IMG/VR virus record: IMGVR_UViG_3300036798_000218
Coordinates: 1-60,281 of that record
Length of the DNA stretch: 60,281 bases
Reading direction: 5' to 3' (one strand)
From: a virus
Taxonomy: Duplodnaviria; Caudoviricetes
The position numbers and the translations under genes are program-made. Positions 19,090-28,394 of the stretch are shown here, one piece after another. The notes under the pieces were generated by a model that was not told the origin of the DNA, did no database searches, and saw only the letters and a program-made list of their open reading frames with translations. Position 1 is the first letter of the stretch; every line of letters starts with the position of its first letter.

Positions 19090-19346
19090 ATTTTCTCTCC
19101 TATATCTTTACAGAGATGGAGAGAATAGTACCTTGTCTGCCAGCAGACAAGCTACAAATTGTCACAGTCTAAAAGCACCGTTTCTTCCGTCGGTTTCTGA
19201 GTTTTCATTAACACGCCTGAGAAGTATATGCGTTTTACGCATGTCAGCTATGCTGTTAAAGGTTTTACTCGAAACATGCAATATTAAAACGTATCTGTCA
19301 ATCGTCACAAGGCCCAACACTCTAAAAGTGATAGAAAGGAGTAAAA

Positions 19347-19754
19347 GTGACTAACATTAAAGAGTATCAACAAAAGCGCCAAGAGCTACTGAAATTCGTA
19401 GCTATTCCGGACACCTTGCTTCGGAAGAGCAAAGGCAAGATTCGCCTGATCGATATCTTAGAGCCCTTCGTGAAGCTACTCTACGAGACTTCCAAGTCTT
19501 GGAGAAAACTTGTTACCAGCTTGTCCTCACAGGACTCACCAAATGGCAACATAAAGCATGATGATGCCCATGCGGTGATACAGCTTAAGGCTGCCGTTAA
19601 AGACGACAGCATTCGCAGCATGCTCGACACATGTACGTCAGCAAAGATCGCGACCATGATCCAGCGGATCTTGCATCGCTTCGGCAACTCAAGAACCGAC
19701 CTGTTGATAGGGGCCAGAGGAGCACAGTCCGCACTGTCATCCACTGGGGAATAA
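19347..19754 (+). CDS. Hypothetical protein
   Basis: AAGGAG RBS, GTG start. Confidence 0.7.
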   Translation: MTNIKEYQQKRQELLKFVAIPDTLLRKSKGKIRLIDILEPFVKLLYETSKSWRKLVTSLSSQDSPNGNIKHDDAHAVIQLKAAVKDDSIRSMLDTCTSAKIATMIQRILHRFGNSRTDLLIGARGAQSALSSTGE

Positions 19755-19829
19755 AACTACTAAAGAAGGTCAGAGTTGTTGCTCTGACCTTCCCACAATG
19801 ATATATACAAAGATATAGGAGCAATACCA

Positions 19830-20789
19830 GTGACTAACGAGAAGGTTATCCCATTACCTGATAAGCTAGCGCGTATAGCACGTGCGATAGGCCTTGAACT
19901 CAATAGACAAACCGCATCCAATACAGAATGGATAGATTCCACGACACGCATTGCTTTGCTTCTAGTTGAAGCACGTGCATTGCATTCAAGTGACAACGCA
20001 TTTGGAGACTGGTGCAAAGCTAACGGTTTCGGACTTGATGTGATCAATAAAAATGACCGTGCAGCCTACATTGCAATGGGTACCGATCCCCAACAACTCA
20101 AAACTGTGTTAGAAAAAACACAAAGGGAGTCCATCTATTTGATTTCCCTAAACGAATTCCGGTTTCCTAGCGCTAGGAAACCGGATGATCAAGAGCAACC
20201 TAAGGGCTCAAAAAAAGGGAAGAAGGGGAAGAAAGGAAAGAAGCAACGTACCAAGAAAACGGACACCAAACCAGTCCAAGAGCACGTGCGGTCTGCCGTA
20301 CAGAACGATGAAGCAATCTCTCGTGAGAAAGTTGCTAAAGACCTCAACGTCACTGAGCACACTGTCACTATAGCCAGAGCTAGAGAGGAAGGTCGACATG
20401 ACGCTTTCGTCGAAATTAACACCGTCTCCGCTGAAGCACTCCAGAGTGCCTCGGTGAAAGAGAAGTATGTAGCAGCTGTACGTTCAATGCAGAAGAAACT
20501 ACAACATGAATTCGACATTAATTTTAGAGAGGCCGTAAGAGTAGAAGTACAGAAGCAGTGTGACGCAACTTTTCCTCGCTTACAAGAAGCCCAGGACAAA
20601 GCATTCGAGGAAGAACAGCGCTTCCGACGCTACCTTGCAGAGACAAAGAAGATCATGACAGTCCAGCAATTCAAAGATGTAGCATCGTGTCTACATCCTG
20701 ATAGTCGCATCTCTATCACCGAAGAAAAGCTCAAACGCACGTTCCAGATGTTCCTACCAAAGAAATTCGCACTGACTGGGGAGGAGTAA
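19830..20789 (+). CDS. Hypothetical probable DNA-binding protein
   Basis: AGGAG RBS, FGDWC motif, KKG repeats, HTH-like REKVAKDLNVTEHTV, LHPD near the C-terminus. Confidence 0.75.
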   Translation: MTNEKVIPLPDKLARIARAIGLELNRQTASNTEWIDSTTRIALLLVEARALHSSDNAFGDWCKANGFGLDVINKNDRAAYIAMGTDPQQLKTVLEKTQRESIYLISLNEFRFPSARKPDDQEQPKGSKKGKKGKKGKKQRTKKTDTKPVQEHVRSAVQNDEAISREKVAKDLNVTEHTVTIARAREEGRHDAFVEINTVSAEALQSASVKEKYVAAVRSMQKKLQHEFDINFREAVRVEVQKQCDATFPRLQEAQDKAFEEEQRFRRYLAETKKIMTVQQFKDVASCLHPDSRISITEEKLKRTFQMFLPKKFALTGEE

Positions 20790-20817
20790 TCTTCCTCCGT
20801 CATCAATTGAGGTTGAA

Positions 20818-21012
20818 ATGAAATACATTGTAAAAGTCAGATCATCTTCTGTCATAGAGTTTAGGATCGACGACGATCTCAAATTAATTAAGCACCATAT
20901 TAACAAGCGTTTTGATAGTAACCAGGAGATTATCATTTATGAGGATTGGTATAAACACCCAGTCATGATCGCTAGACGACCTGTTGGATATCGAAGATGG
21001 AAAGACTATTAA
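20818..21012 (+). CDS. Hypothetical protein
   Basis: GAGG RBS, 64 aa. Confidence 0.6.
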   Translation: MKYIVKVRSSSVIEFRIDDDLKLIKHHINKRFDSNQEIIIYEDWYKHPVMIARRPVGYRRWKDY

Positions 21013-21203
21013 TGACTAAGTATCAAATCCAAGAACAGTATGCTCCCTACCATAACTACGCCGAATTCCACATCGGGTGGCAAGACTATCTGGATCGAAG
21101 ATACCGTAATCCTTACGGAACTGAGAGTGCAGCAGCCCAAGGTTGGGATCGGGGAGCGGAAGCTGCTATGAAATGGGAACGAGCGGGTAAACCAGAGGGA
21201 TAA
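21012..21203 (+). CDS. Hypothetical protein
   Basis: TAATG-coupled start MTKYQ, NPY...WDRG motif. Confidence 0.6.
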   Translation: MTKYQIQEQYAPYHNYAEFHIGWQDYLDRRYRNPYGTESAAAQGWDRGAEAAMKWERAGKPEG

Positions 21204-21245
21204 ATAAATGGCTAAGACCACTTTTCATATAAGCTTCAAATAGAT

Positions 21246-21276
21246 TGGGATGGACATAATAATCCATCCCATTTTT
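21246..21276 (+). terminator. Intrinsic terminator
   Basis: TGGGATGGA/TCCATCCCA stem followed by T5. Confidence 0.7.
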
Positions 21277-21415
21277 AAATTGTTTTCTTATTCACGATGT
21301 CAAACAGCAACCCGTAATTACTATCTATTGTCAAGATGGTTAAGAGTAGAGTTATATGATTCTGCTGTTTGACATTGGAAAAGCCATCGGTTTTGACGAT
21401 GGCTTTTCCCCCTAT

Positions 21416-21700
21416 TTATTTAGTACGATATAGGTCAGGCCGTAACCTTTCTCTAGGAATCTTCGTTATCTCCTCAACTCGCAAGAGACGGTTAGCAGGG
21501 ACACGCTTCCACTCCAGGATCGCCTGTGGGGTTAGACCAAGCTCTCTTGCAAGCGCACTTGCTGACCCCGCAACATTGATAGCCTCTAACAACCCAGCCT
21601 CGCGTTCTCCTAGCAATAACTCTGGTCCACCATGCTTCCTCCTCCTCTTCATCTGAGTCCACCTTTTTAAGTCCGATAACACGTAGTCACCTGTTTTCAT
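21416..21700 (-). CDS. Cro/YdaS-like HTH regulator
   Basis: AINVAGSASALARELGLTPQAILEWKRVP...LRPDLY. Start uncertain. Confidence 0.85.
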   Translation of the reverse strand: MKTGDYVLSDLKRWTQMKRRRKHGGPELLLGEREAGLLEAINVAGSASALARELGLTPQAILEWKRVPANRLLRVEEITKIPRERLRPDLYRTK

Positions 21701-21723
21701 CCGACCATCAAATATAAAGTAGT

Positions 21724-22641
21724 TTATAGTTTGAGAGCTTGTCGGATTAGCTCCCACTGATCAGCTGGCATGGTGATAACGACTACCGACCTTCCCTTGT
21801 CGTCTACGCACTCGTCATCCACTTCAGCATGTTCGAAAGCTTCGAATACGGTCTTCTCGATACCTGGATTACGGTGTCGTGTCTTGTGGTGGTCCGTATC
21901 GTCATCATTATCAACTTCGTCTTGACTGTAGGGAACTCCCTCGATGAACTGTATCCCACCATCATCCTTGGAAGCTCCGTTCAGATGCTTCGGTGTAACT
22001 CGTTTCTTGCCTTGCTTTTTGGCAGCAGTAATGCCAACCTGGAGCGTCTGGACAGCCTCCTTATCAGTGTTAGCCTCAGCCGTCACCTTCTGGGCCAGCG
22101 AGGCAGAGACCTCTCCAGCCGACACCATCTGCCTGATTGGCTCAGGCAAACAGAGCAAAGACAACACCTGCCCAACTCGCGAAATCGATATTCCTGACTT
22201 CTCTGAAATCTCAGTTTGCTCCCAACCAAGATCCAACAGGCGCTTGAAAACTTTCGCTTGCTCCATGGGAGAAAATGGTTTACCACTGTTCCGAAGGACC
22301 TGGGAGAAAATCCGATCAGCTTCGTTTTGGTACCGGTCCTCGGCTTTAACCGGAATAGACTTAATGTCGTGGCCTTTGCTGATTGCCAGCAAAGCCGCTC
22401 GGAGACGACACTCACCATCAGACAGATATGCGTTCCCATTCTCCCAATAACAGGTGATAGGCTCCTTGACGCCGACCTTGGCAATCGACCTAGCGAGCTT
22501 CTCGATATGCTCAACATTCTCAGGATCGCTGAAATCCCGTCCGTTCCATCCTGGCCTAGTCAAAATCACCCGGGGATCAATTTTATGTATATCCGATCGA
22601 CCTTGAGAAACCGATGCAAGACCGCTTTTTTCGTTTGCCAT
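21724..22641 (-). CDS. ParB-like protein (ParB N-domain + HTH)
   Basis: LARSIAKVGVKEPI, LSDGECRLRA, N...FSPMEQA, HTH QTEISEKSGISISRVGQ. AGGAG precedes MANEKS. Confidence 0.85.
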   Translation of the reverse strand: MANEKSGLASVSQGRSDIHKIDPRVILTRPGWNGRDFSDPENVEHIEKLARSIAKVGVKEPITCYWENGNAYLSDGECRLRAALLAISKGHDIKSIPVKAEDRYQNEADRIFSQVLRNSGKPFSPMEQAKVFKRLLDLGWEQTEISEKSGISISRVGQVLSLLCLPEPIRQMVSAGEVSASLAQKVTAEANTDKEAVQTLQVGITAAKKQGKKRVTPKHLNGASKDDGGIQFIEGVPYSQDEVDNDDDTDHHKTRHRNPGIEKTVFEAFEHAEVDDECVDDKGRSVVVITMPADQWELIRQALKL

Positions 22642-22698
22642 TTCAGTTCTCCTGTATTGTTCAAGCTGTATTTTCAAAAAGTAGTTTATATGGTAGTC

Positions 22699-22728
22699 AG
22701 ATTAGAATGTGTCTTTCAGATTGTCAAG
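22699..22728 (-). promoter_or_regulatory. Sigma70-type promoter for parB-like gene
   Basis: cTTGACA-N17-TAATCT on the minus strand. Confidence 0.6.
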
Positions 22729-22879
22729 CTCAACCTGGCGAATTTGCTTCCAGCCAATCCTCGATTGTCGTTTGAATCAGCTGGGCGAGTTCCCCAGTCC
22801 TTCGATCAACGATCAGACCATAACGGTTCATCCGAGATGAACAACTCTGCAAGATCATAACACTTTGGATCGTAAGACA

Positions 22880-23275
22880 TTATTTGCTCCGGGGTCCCGC
22901 CTTGATGAAACCCCTAGCGAGGTAGCCGTTGACTTCCGCGTCCAGCACCCTAGCACGTTCTCCAGTAGTTCGGTTAAGCAACCAAGTCTTACCAATGAAA
23001 ACCTTGCCACGTCCCGACTCTGGAATACCGTTACCGTTAGACACGGACTCAGCGTATTTCCTGACATGGTTGTCATAGAATGCATGAGCACGATCGATAA
23101 CAGTCTTCTCGTCAGGTCCAGAAAACCTAATCGTCAGCTGTCTCCCATCACGAGGCATTAGTAAATAGCCAACCCAAGCTTCATTTATGTTTTTGGTATT
23201 GGTGGAATGATAGGTGTCGATGTCCATAGTGAACTCCTGTATCTTTTCCCCTTCCTTTTTAATATGGGGACTCAT
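22880..23275 (-). CDS. Hypothetical protein
   Basis: 131-aa ORF. Confidence 0.65.
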   Translation of the reverse strand: MSPHIKKEGEKIQEFTMDIDTYHSTNTKNINEAWVGYLLMPRDGRQLTIRFSGPDEKTVIDRAHAFYDNHVRKYAESVSNGNGIPESGRGKVFIGKTWLLNRTTGERARVLDAEVNGYLARGFIKAGPRSK

Positions 23276-23369
23276 GTTAGATTATCAAGTACTTTTAAAG
23301 TCCTTTTCCAACGAGACGTGGTTCAGATCATCATCACGTAACTTGCAGTTTCCTCTATTAAGATTCATC

Positions 23370-23459
23370 CATAAAACTCAGGAGGAAGCTCACAAAGCTT
23401 ATGTAAAAGCAGCTATAGTTCACGGAGAATATTGTTACTATTCTATAGAAAAGAAGTAG
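23370..23459 (+). pseudogene. AP2-domain fragment (HNH-AP2 endonuclease remnant)
   Basis: KTQEEAHKAYVKAAIVHGEY matches the AP2 C-terminal helix. The upstream part is missing. Confidence 0.55.
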
Positions 23460-23494
23460 CTCACTATCGCACAATGAGCTTGGAGGTAGATCAA

Positions 23495-24031
23495 TCAGTT
23501 AGGAAAAGTATACACCCTTACCTGATCATCAGAAGTCGTTATAGAAGCTTCTATGACCTTTTTACACTCCGGCTCAACCCTTACCTGTTCTCCAAACTTT
23601 AAGCTTATCGAAGGAGTCTGGGAATAGGCCTCTTTCCAATATTGTATATCTTTTTCTGTTTTAAAATAACTAGGTGCCTCTATCGGTTCATTAGTATAAC
23701 CAAGATAAGTAATAGCATCACTAACGCGTCCATTACAATTACCTCTATTTAACACAATTTTCTTGATCGTAACTTCGTCAGAAGTTGACGTTATTACGAT
23801 AAACTGTGCCAGATGTTGTTCTAGAGCACCTGAACCGTCACGGACGCGTTCCTTTACCTCAAAGGTTCTTTCGACAGTAATCTCCTGCCCAATAGAAGAT
23901 GTTGCCATAGCCACATCACTCGCAACAGACGCATAATTGCTAGGAACGGATTGCCCACTATCATATACGGAAAGACCGTACATAGCAAACGGGCAAGCCA
24001 CGACAGTAGCTGTAATAAGAAAGGTCTTCAT
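23495..24031 (-). CDS. Membrane-anchored or secreted hypothetical protein
   Basis: GGAG RBS, N-terminal hydrophobic segment, NRGNC motif. Confidence 0.7.
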   Translation of the reverse strand: MKTFLITATVVACPFAMYGLSVYDSGQSVPSNYASVASDVAMATSSIGQEITVERTFEVKERVRDGSGALEQHLAQFIVITSTSDEVTIKKIVLNRGNCNGRVSDAITYLGYTNEPIEAPSYFKTEKDIQYWKEAYSQTPSISLKFGEQVRVEPECKKVIEASITTSDDQVRVYTFPN

Positions 24032-24167
24032 AGTGTATTCTCCATTTGCAAGTTGGTTGTTTTACCTGATTTAATATGGTCGTCAGATGTTGGATTACAA
24101 GGTAGGAACTCTAGTCTTTTTTGTCAGGTAGTTTCATTGAAGGTGGACGTTGTTTGAGTCCAGCGAG

Positions 24168-24352
24168 GGAACTCGTCTGTCCTCGGCTGTAGTCCAGGGA
24201 GAGTCCGATCGGGCTGGATGGTCTCATGGAGACCTATAGGAGCCTCACTGGCAAGCTTTCCGAGGAGGCGAGCTACCCTGCTAGCCCTGGAGGCCTCTAA
24301 CTCGCCCACGGCCATCCTAAAGAGCCCCAGAGGCATAACCCTCTAGAGTTGA
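24168..24352. repeat. Dispersed ~180-bp structured element, copy B
   Basis: Aligns with 18221..18402. Confidence 0.9.
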
Positions 24353-24435
24353 AACCTCATCGAGAACACCTCATGGTTGGTCTCATTGATATCATTGAGA
24401 TTTTTCCTCCAGATCAAAAATACATCTAACGGCTA

Positions 24436-24466
24436 CTTGTAAAGACCGTATGCAGTCACCATATCT
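24436..24466 (+). promoter_or_regulatory. Early sigma70-type promoter
   Basis: cTTGTAA-N17-CATATC, with AGTCAC before the -10 box. Confidence 0.6.
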
Positions 24467-24506
24467 AATTCATACAAGAGACCCTACAGAGAAAGATACA
24501 GACACC

Positions 24507-24590
24507 ATGTTCCCGGTCCTTATCATCCTTGTTTCCATCGTTAGTGCAGCCTATCTTGTCCTGATGGACACTGCCCCCACTGCTGCCTAA
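24507..24590 (+). CDS. 27-aa hydrophobic peptide
   Basis: MFPVLIILVSIVSAAYLVLMDTAPTAA, first ORF after the promoter. Confidence 0.45.
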   Translation: MFPVLIILVSIVSAAYLVLMDTAPTAA

Positions 24591-24619
24591 CCCCTTCACC
24601 CGCTTCAAGGAATTCCACC

Positions 24620-24817
24620 ATGAACCACATTGCAAGACTGACCATGGAGCGCGACAACCTTCGCGCCCAACTGGCCAAGGTCCGAAATGAACTGACCGAC
24701 ATGGAGCGCTACTATACCAGCGACAAGTTCTCAGGTCCAGACAACGACTACGCCCATGTTCGGACTGACCTTCTCCACCGACTATCCAATGTCCGCTTTA
24801 TGACCATCGAGGGATAG
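24620..24817 (+). CDS. Hypothetical protein
   Basis: AAGGA RBS, 65 aa. Confidence 0.7.
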   Translation: MNHIARLTMERDNLRAQLAKVRNELTDMERYYTSDKFSGPDNDYAHVRTDLLHRLSNVRFMTIEG

Positions 24818-24823
24818 CCCTTA

Positions 24824-24852
24824 GGCCCTTGTGCAGTGCACAAGGGCTTTTT
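24824..24852 (+). terminator. Intrinsic terminator
   Basis: GCCCTTGTGCA-G-TGCACAAGGGC followed by T5. Confidence 0.85.
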
Positions 24853-24882
24853 CGTTACTAGAAAAGAAATTTGATTTTCCAT

Positions 24883-24911
24883 CTTGCGATTAGATATAAA
24901 GTCACTATATT
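24883..24911 (+). promoter_or_regulatory. Early sigma70-type promoter
   Basis: cTTGCGA-N16-TATATT, with AGTCAC before the -10 box. Confidence 0.65.
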
Positions 24912-24934
24912 AAGTCTGTACAAGGAGACACGTT

Positions 24935-25303
24935 ATGAACAGAATTGAAATCAAATCTTGGCGTAAAGACCCTACCATCGCCAAACTGGTCAAGGCCACT
25001 TTCCCCAGCTATAACAAGCGGGCAGTCTACATCATAGCTACTGAAAGCGTTACACTCTATGATCTAAACTGGAATGGGGGTACGAAAAATGTCTACAAGG
25101 TCTGCACCTTAGATGGAGAACCCCGTGGCAACTCGGACAAATACAGTGCAATGGACCCCTGGGACAACCCAGCAGAAGGCAAGACGCTTCCAATCCCTTT
25201 CGGCTTTTGCGTAATTGAGGGGGGTTTTTTCTGTGGTAAGGAAAGCACATTGACGATCCGTGTCAACCCTGCGGACATGCCGAAGTACCTGACATGCGAA
25301 TAG
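24935..25303 (+). CDS. Hypothetical early protein
   Basis: AAGGAG RBS, 122 aa. Confidence 0.8.
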   Translation: MNRIEIKSWRKDPTIAKLVKATFPSYNKRAVYIIATESVTLYDLNWNGGTKNVYKVCTLDGEPRGNSDKYSAMDPWDNPAEGKTLPIPFGFCVIEGGFFCGKESTLTIRVNPADMPKYLTCE

Positions 25304-26103
25304 TAGTCAGTAATTACAACCTTGAACAAATAAATAGCGGAAAGTTCTACGTCTACGTGATCTATGATCCTAGACAAAATAATGTTTGTCCTATCTATGT
25401 TGGCAAGGGTAAAGGAAAGCGAATAGCTGTTCATGCGCGTCGTGCTTGTAATGACCACTTAAATAGGACACTCAGACTATGCAACAAGCTTAGACTTGAT
25501 GTTCCGGCTAAAATTACAGCTTATTTTACAAATGAGGATGCAGCGTTCCTTCTTGAAAAGACACTGATCGCGCAATATGGTCGACTTAATCTAGGTACCG
25601 GAACTCTCTACAACTTGACCGAAGGTGGTGAAGGTGTAGCAGATATTAGCCCTGAGACGCGTTTGATACATGCTGAGTGTATGCGCAAGAATAACGCTAA
25701 CCTAGAGTATCAAGAGAAAATACGTAAGGGACAGCAAAAGTATCAGGCTGACCCGATTGTCGCAGAAGCAAATCTTGAGCGTCTGCGTAAGATCAATGCC
25801 AATCCAAAATTTGCGAAAGCAAATCTTGAGCGTCTGCGTAAGTACAATGCCGATCCAGAGTTTCGGAATAAAGCACGTAAGGAACAGCAAAGGTATTACA
25901 CTGATCCGATTCACGCAAAAGAGCAGTCAGAACGTACGCGTAAACAGAATGCCGATCCGGAGTTTCGGAAGAAACTACGTGAAGGGCATCACAATCATTA
26001 CGCTGAACAGCGAGCAAAAAGAGGACCTCAGCCATGGGTAGTGGCAGGCGTTCCTAGAGCTACATGGTATTATCGCCGAAGAAAAGCAAAGAAAGCGCTC
26101 TAG
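25294..26103 (+). CDS. GIY-YIG homing endonuclease
   Basis: FYVYVIYDPR..YVGKG..LYNLTEGGEG, NADPEF repeats, C-terminal PWVVAGVPRATWY. Confidence 0.85.
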   Translation: MRIVVSNYNLEQINSGKFYVYVIYDPRQNNVCPIYVGKGKGKRIAVHARRACNDHLNRTLRLCNKLRLDVPAKITAYFTNEDAAFLLEKTLIAQYGRLNLGTGTLYNLTEGGEGVADISPETRLIHAECMRKNNANLEYQEKIRKGQQKYQADPIVAEANLERLRKINANPKFAKANLERLRKYNADPEFRNKARKEQQRYYTDPIHAKEQSERTRKQNADPEFRKKLREGHHNHYAEQRAKRGPQPWVVAGVPRATWYYRRRKAKKAL

Positions 26104-26130
26104 CCCCTGGAACTGTTCCAGGGGCTTTTT
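26102..26130 (+). terminator. Intrinsic terminator
   Basis: AGCCCCTGGAAC-T-GTTCCAGGGGCT followed by a T run. Confidence 0.85.
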
Positions 26131-26163
26131 CATTTAGACTAGAAAATAAAACAACTAATGCCT

Positions 26164-26192
26164 CTTGAAAGACTACTAGCAATCACCATATT
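26164..26192 (+). promoter_or_regulatory. Early sigma70-type promoter
   Basis: cTTGAAA-N16-CATATT, with AATCAC before the -10 box. Confidence 0.6.
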
Positions 26193-26296
26193 CAAGAGAC
26201 CAGAAACGATACACAGTGAGTTGACTACAATGTTAGGACTTATTATAGCCGTATCCCTTCTCTGTTTGCTTTCAACATCCGCAATCGAGGCGAACA

Positions 26297-26497
26297 ATGG
26301 TTAAGATCAAAAATCAGGATCAGCTTCGTCGCACGGTAGCGGCTCTTGTCGAAACCCGTTGGCTGATTGATAAGGAACGAGCTTATCGCCAGGACCTTCA
26401 GAAAGCCGACTACCTTGCGAGCCTAGTGGCTCATGAGGCAAAGTTGGAACAGATGATCAAGGACTTTTTCCCCTTGCCCATCATAGAACCCAAATAG
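26297..26497 (+). CDS. Hypothetical protein
   Basis: GAGG RBS, 66 aa. Confidence 0.7.
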   Translation: MVKIKNQDQLRRTVAALVETRWLIDKERAYRQDLQKADYLASLVAHEAKLEQMIKDFFPLPIIEPK

Positions 26498-27166
26498 CAA
26501 GAAATCTCTTGCCCGTGCTCTGAAAGGAAATCCGTGATGGTGACTGACAACATCATCGACTTTCTACGTGAAAAATTTGCTTGGCTCGATACTCGGCTAG
26601 ACACATTCGAGACAGATATCCGTGTTCTCAATAACGATGTACGGGTACTCAAGGAAGATATAGTCGTCACAGCAGCTACCTTACGACGGCTAGATGTCAA
26701 GCAAGATGTGTTGCTTACTGAATTACGTGCTATCTATCCGCAACTTGCCCGTGCTCTTAAAAGGAAACCCGTGATATGACTACATAGAAAGGAAGGTGAC
26801 TCAGTTTATACCCGTTATGAACCTACTGATAATGCGGTAGCCCCATAGATAACGGGTATAGCCAGCGTCACAACGTGCTGAATAAACTCTAGCTCACCAT
26901 AGAAGGAACGGCATACATGAAAACGTACAGTGTCAGATCCCTTGATGAACTCGCCGAAGTGTTCGAAATGTTCGCAAAGAACGTTGAGAACTCCCCTCTA
27001 CAAACCACGAAACGCACAAAGGAACTCGTGGCGATGGAAGCGGCGACATGGCGAAATGCTGCAGAGGTCATAAGGGACACCATCCTCGAAGCAAACCCCT
27101 TGCCCATTATAGAACTCAACGAAGCTAGCAAGAAATCACTTGCCCGTGCTCTTAAAGGAAACGTGA
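26470..27166 (+). repeat. Three copies of a gene-end/RBS direct repeat
   Basis: CTTGCCCGTGCTCT(G/T)AAAGGAAA..GTGA core at 26470-26536, 26744-26774 and 27096-27166. Confidence 0.9.
26534..26779 (+). CDS. Small coiled-coil protein
   Basis: Heptad pattern. The RBS lies within the repeat. Confidence 0.7.
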   Translation: MMVTDNIIDFLREKFAWLDTRLDTFETDIRVLNNDVRVLKEDIVVTAATLRRLDVKQDVLLTELRAIYPQLARALKRKPVI

Positions 27167-27171
27167 ACTAA
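26917..27171 (+). CDS. Hypothetical protein
   Basis: AAGGA RBS, 84 aa. Confidence 0.7.
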   Translation: MKTYSVRSLDELAEVFEMFAKNVENSPLQTTKRTKELVAMEAATWRNAAEVIRDTILEANPLPIIELNEASKKSLARALKGNVN

Positions 27172-27248
27172 ACACTAATAAAGAAATACAAAAAAGACAA
27201 CTTGAGACGCGTCAAAAAAGAAAACTGGATAAATAAATCTAATCCCTA

Positions 27249-27278
27249 CTTGCAAATCCAACTTAGATAGACTATACT
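27249..27278 (+). promoter_or_regulatory. Early sigma70-type promoter
   Basis: cTTGCAA-N17-TATACT with an A-rich upstream region. Confidence 0.75.
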
Positions 27279-27310
27279 AGTAATATACAGAAACACTCAG
27301 GAGAAAACAA

Positions 27311-28327
27311 ATGGCACACAATATTGATCATAGCACTGGAAAGCCTGCTGTTGCCTTTCGTGGAGATCGGTCGGGTATCTGGCACCGTCTCGGAACTTCT
27401 ATGGAATCTGGAATGTCCACGGAAAAATGGGCAGAAGCGGCCGGACTCCTCTGGACTGCGGAGAAAACTCCGGCCTATGCCGAATTTGATGGACGCTTCT
27501 CCAATCCAGGGTTTGTTCACGCTAAAGATCGGTACTTCATAGTTCGATCAGACACCGGTCATATCCTATCGCCGAGCACTGTGACCAATATCTATCAGAT
27601 AGTCCAGCCGAAAGACGTGTTGGCTTACTTCGATAGATATATTTCAGTAGACTCTCGCTTTGAACTAGATGTTGCTGGATCACTAAAAAAAGGAGAAATC
27701 ATCTGGGCAACGGCTACGTTTAAAGAGCCTATGGACATTGGTGGCGACAAGCACGCCATGAGACTTTTATGTACGACAACCTTCGACGGTTCTGGTGCTA
27801 CAATCAACAAAGGCTGTACGGAACGAGTGGTCTGTAATAACACTCTGGACGTGGCTCTTGGAGAAAAGCATACTCCAGTCATTCGGACTCGGCACAACAC
27901 TAAGTTCGACCATGTGAAGGTCGGAAAGGAGCTTGCAGCTGTTGCACAGGGCTTCACATACTACAAGAAAATGGGTGATGCTCTAGCCCAGAATGAAATG
28001 GCTAAGGAGGAGGTTTCCAAGTTCTTCAAGACTCTGCTGGAGATCCCGTTTGAAGCCAAGCCCGATGATGTATCGACTCGAAAGATGAATCAGTTTCATG
28101 CTTTGAGCGATGCTTATCGAACTAGCAGAGACGAAGGTGCCACTGGAGCATGGGCTGCTTTGAATGCGGTCACACGGTATGTGGATCATGACCGCAAGGT
28201 TAAGGCAGTTAGTGATGATGTGACGGAGAGCCGGTTCCTAAGCAGCCAATTTGGAAGCGGACACTTGCTAAAGGCCAAAGCTGTTGGGTTGCTAATGCCA
28301 AGAATTAAAGACAAGGTGCTTGCCTAA
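27311..28327 (+). CDS. DUF932 family phage/plasmid protein
   Basis: MAHNI..WHRLG..AGL.W, Y..VQ, AGSL..G..IW, TTTFDGSGA, RVVCNNTL, W..LNAVTRYVDH. Confidence 0.9.
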   Translation: MAHNIDHSTGKPAVAFRGDRSGIWHRLGTSMESGMSTEKWAEAAGLLWTAEKTPAYAEFDGRFSNPGFVHAKDRYFIVRSDTGHILSPSTVTNIYQIVQPKDVLAYFDRYISVDSRFELDVAGSLKKGEIIWATATFKEPMDIGGDKHAMRLLCTTTFDGSGATINKGCTERVVCNNTLDVALGEKHTPVIRTRHNTKFDHVKVGKELAAVAQGFTYYKKMGDALAQNEMAKEEVSKFFKTLLEIPFEAKPDDVSTRKMNQFHALSDAYRTSRDEGATGAWAALNAVTRYVDHDRKVKAVSDDVTESRFLSSQFGSGHLLKAKAVGLLMPRIKDKVLA

Positions 28328-28342
28328 CCAACAGACAAAAAT

Positions 28343-28367
28343 GGCCCTGGCACAATGTGCCAGGGCT
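28343..28367. terminator. Terminator-like hairpin
   Basis: GCCCTGGCACA-A-TGTGCCAGGGC with an A run on the 5' side. Confidence 0.65.
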
Positions 28368-28394
28368 AAATCCTTTACATAAGAAGATAACAAC

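Noticed and set aside
21829-22860. Long plus-strand ORFs (122-214 aa) over the parB-like gene
   Set aside because: These are antisense shadows without RBS or motifs. The same applies to most other overlapping opposite-strand ORFs in the track.
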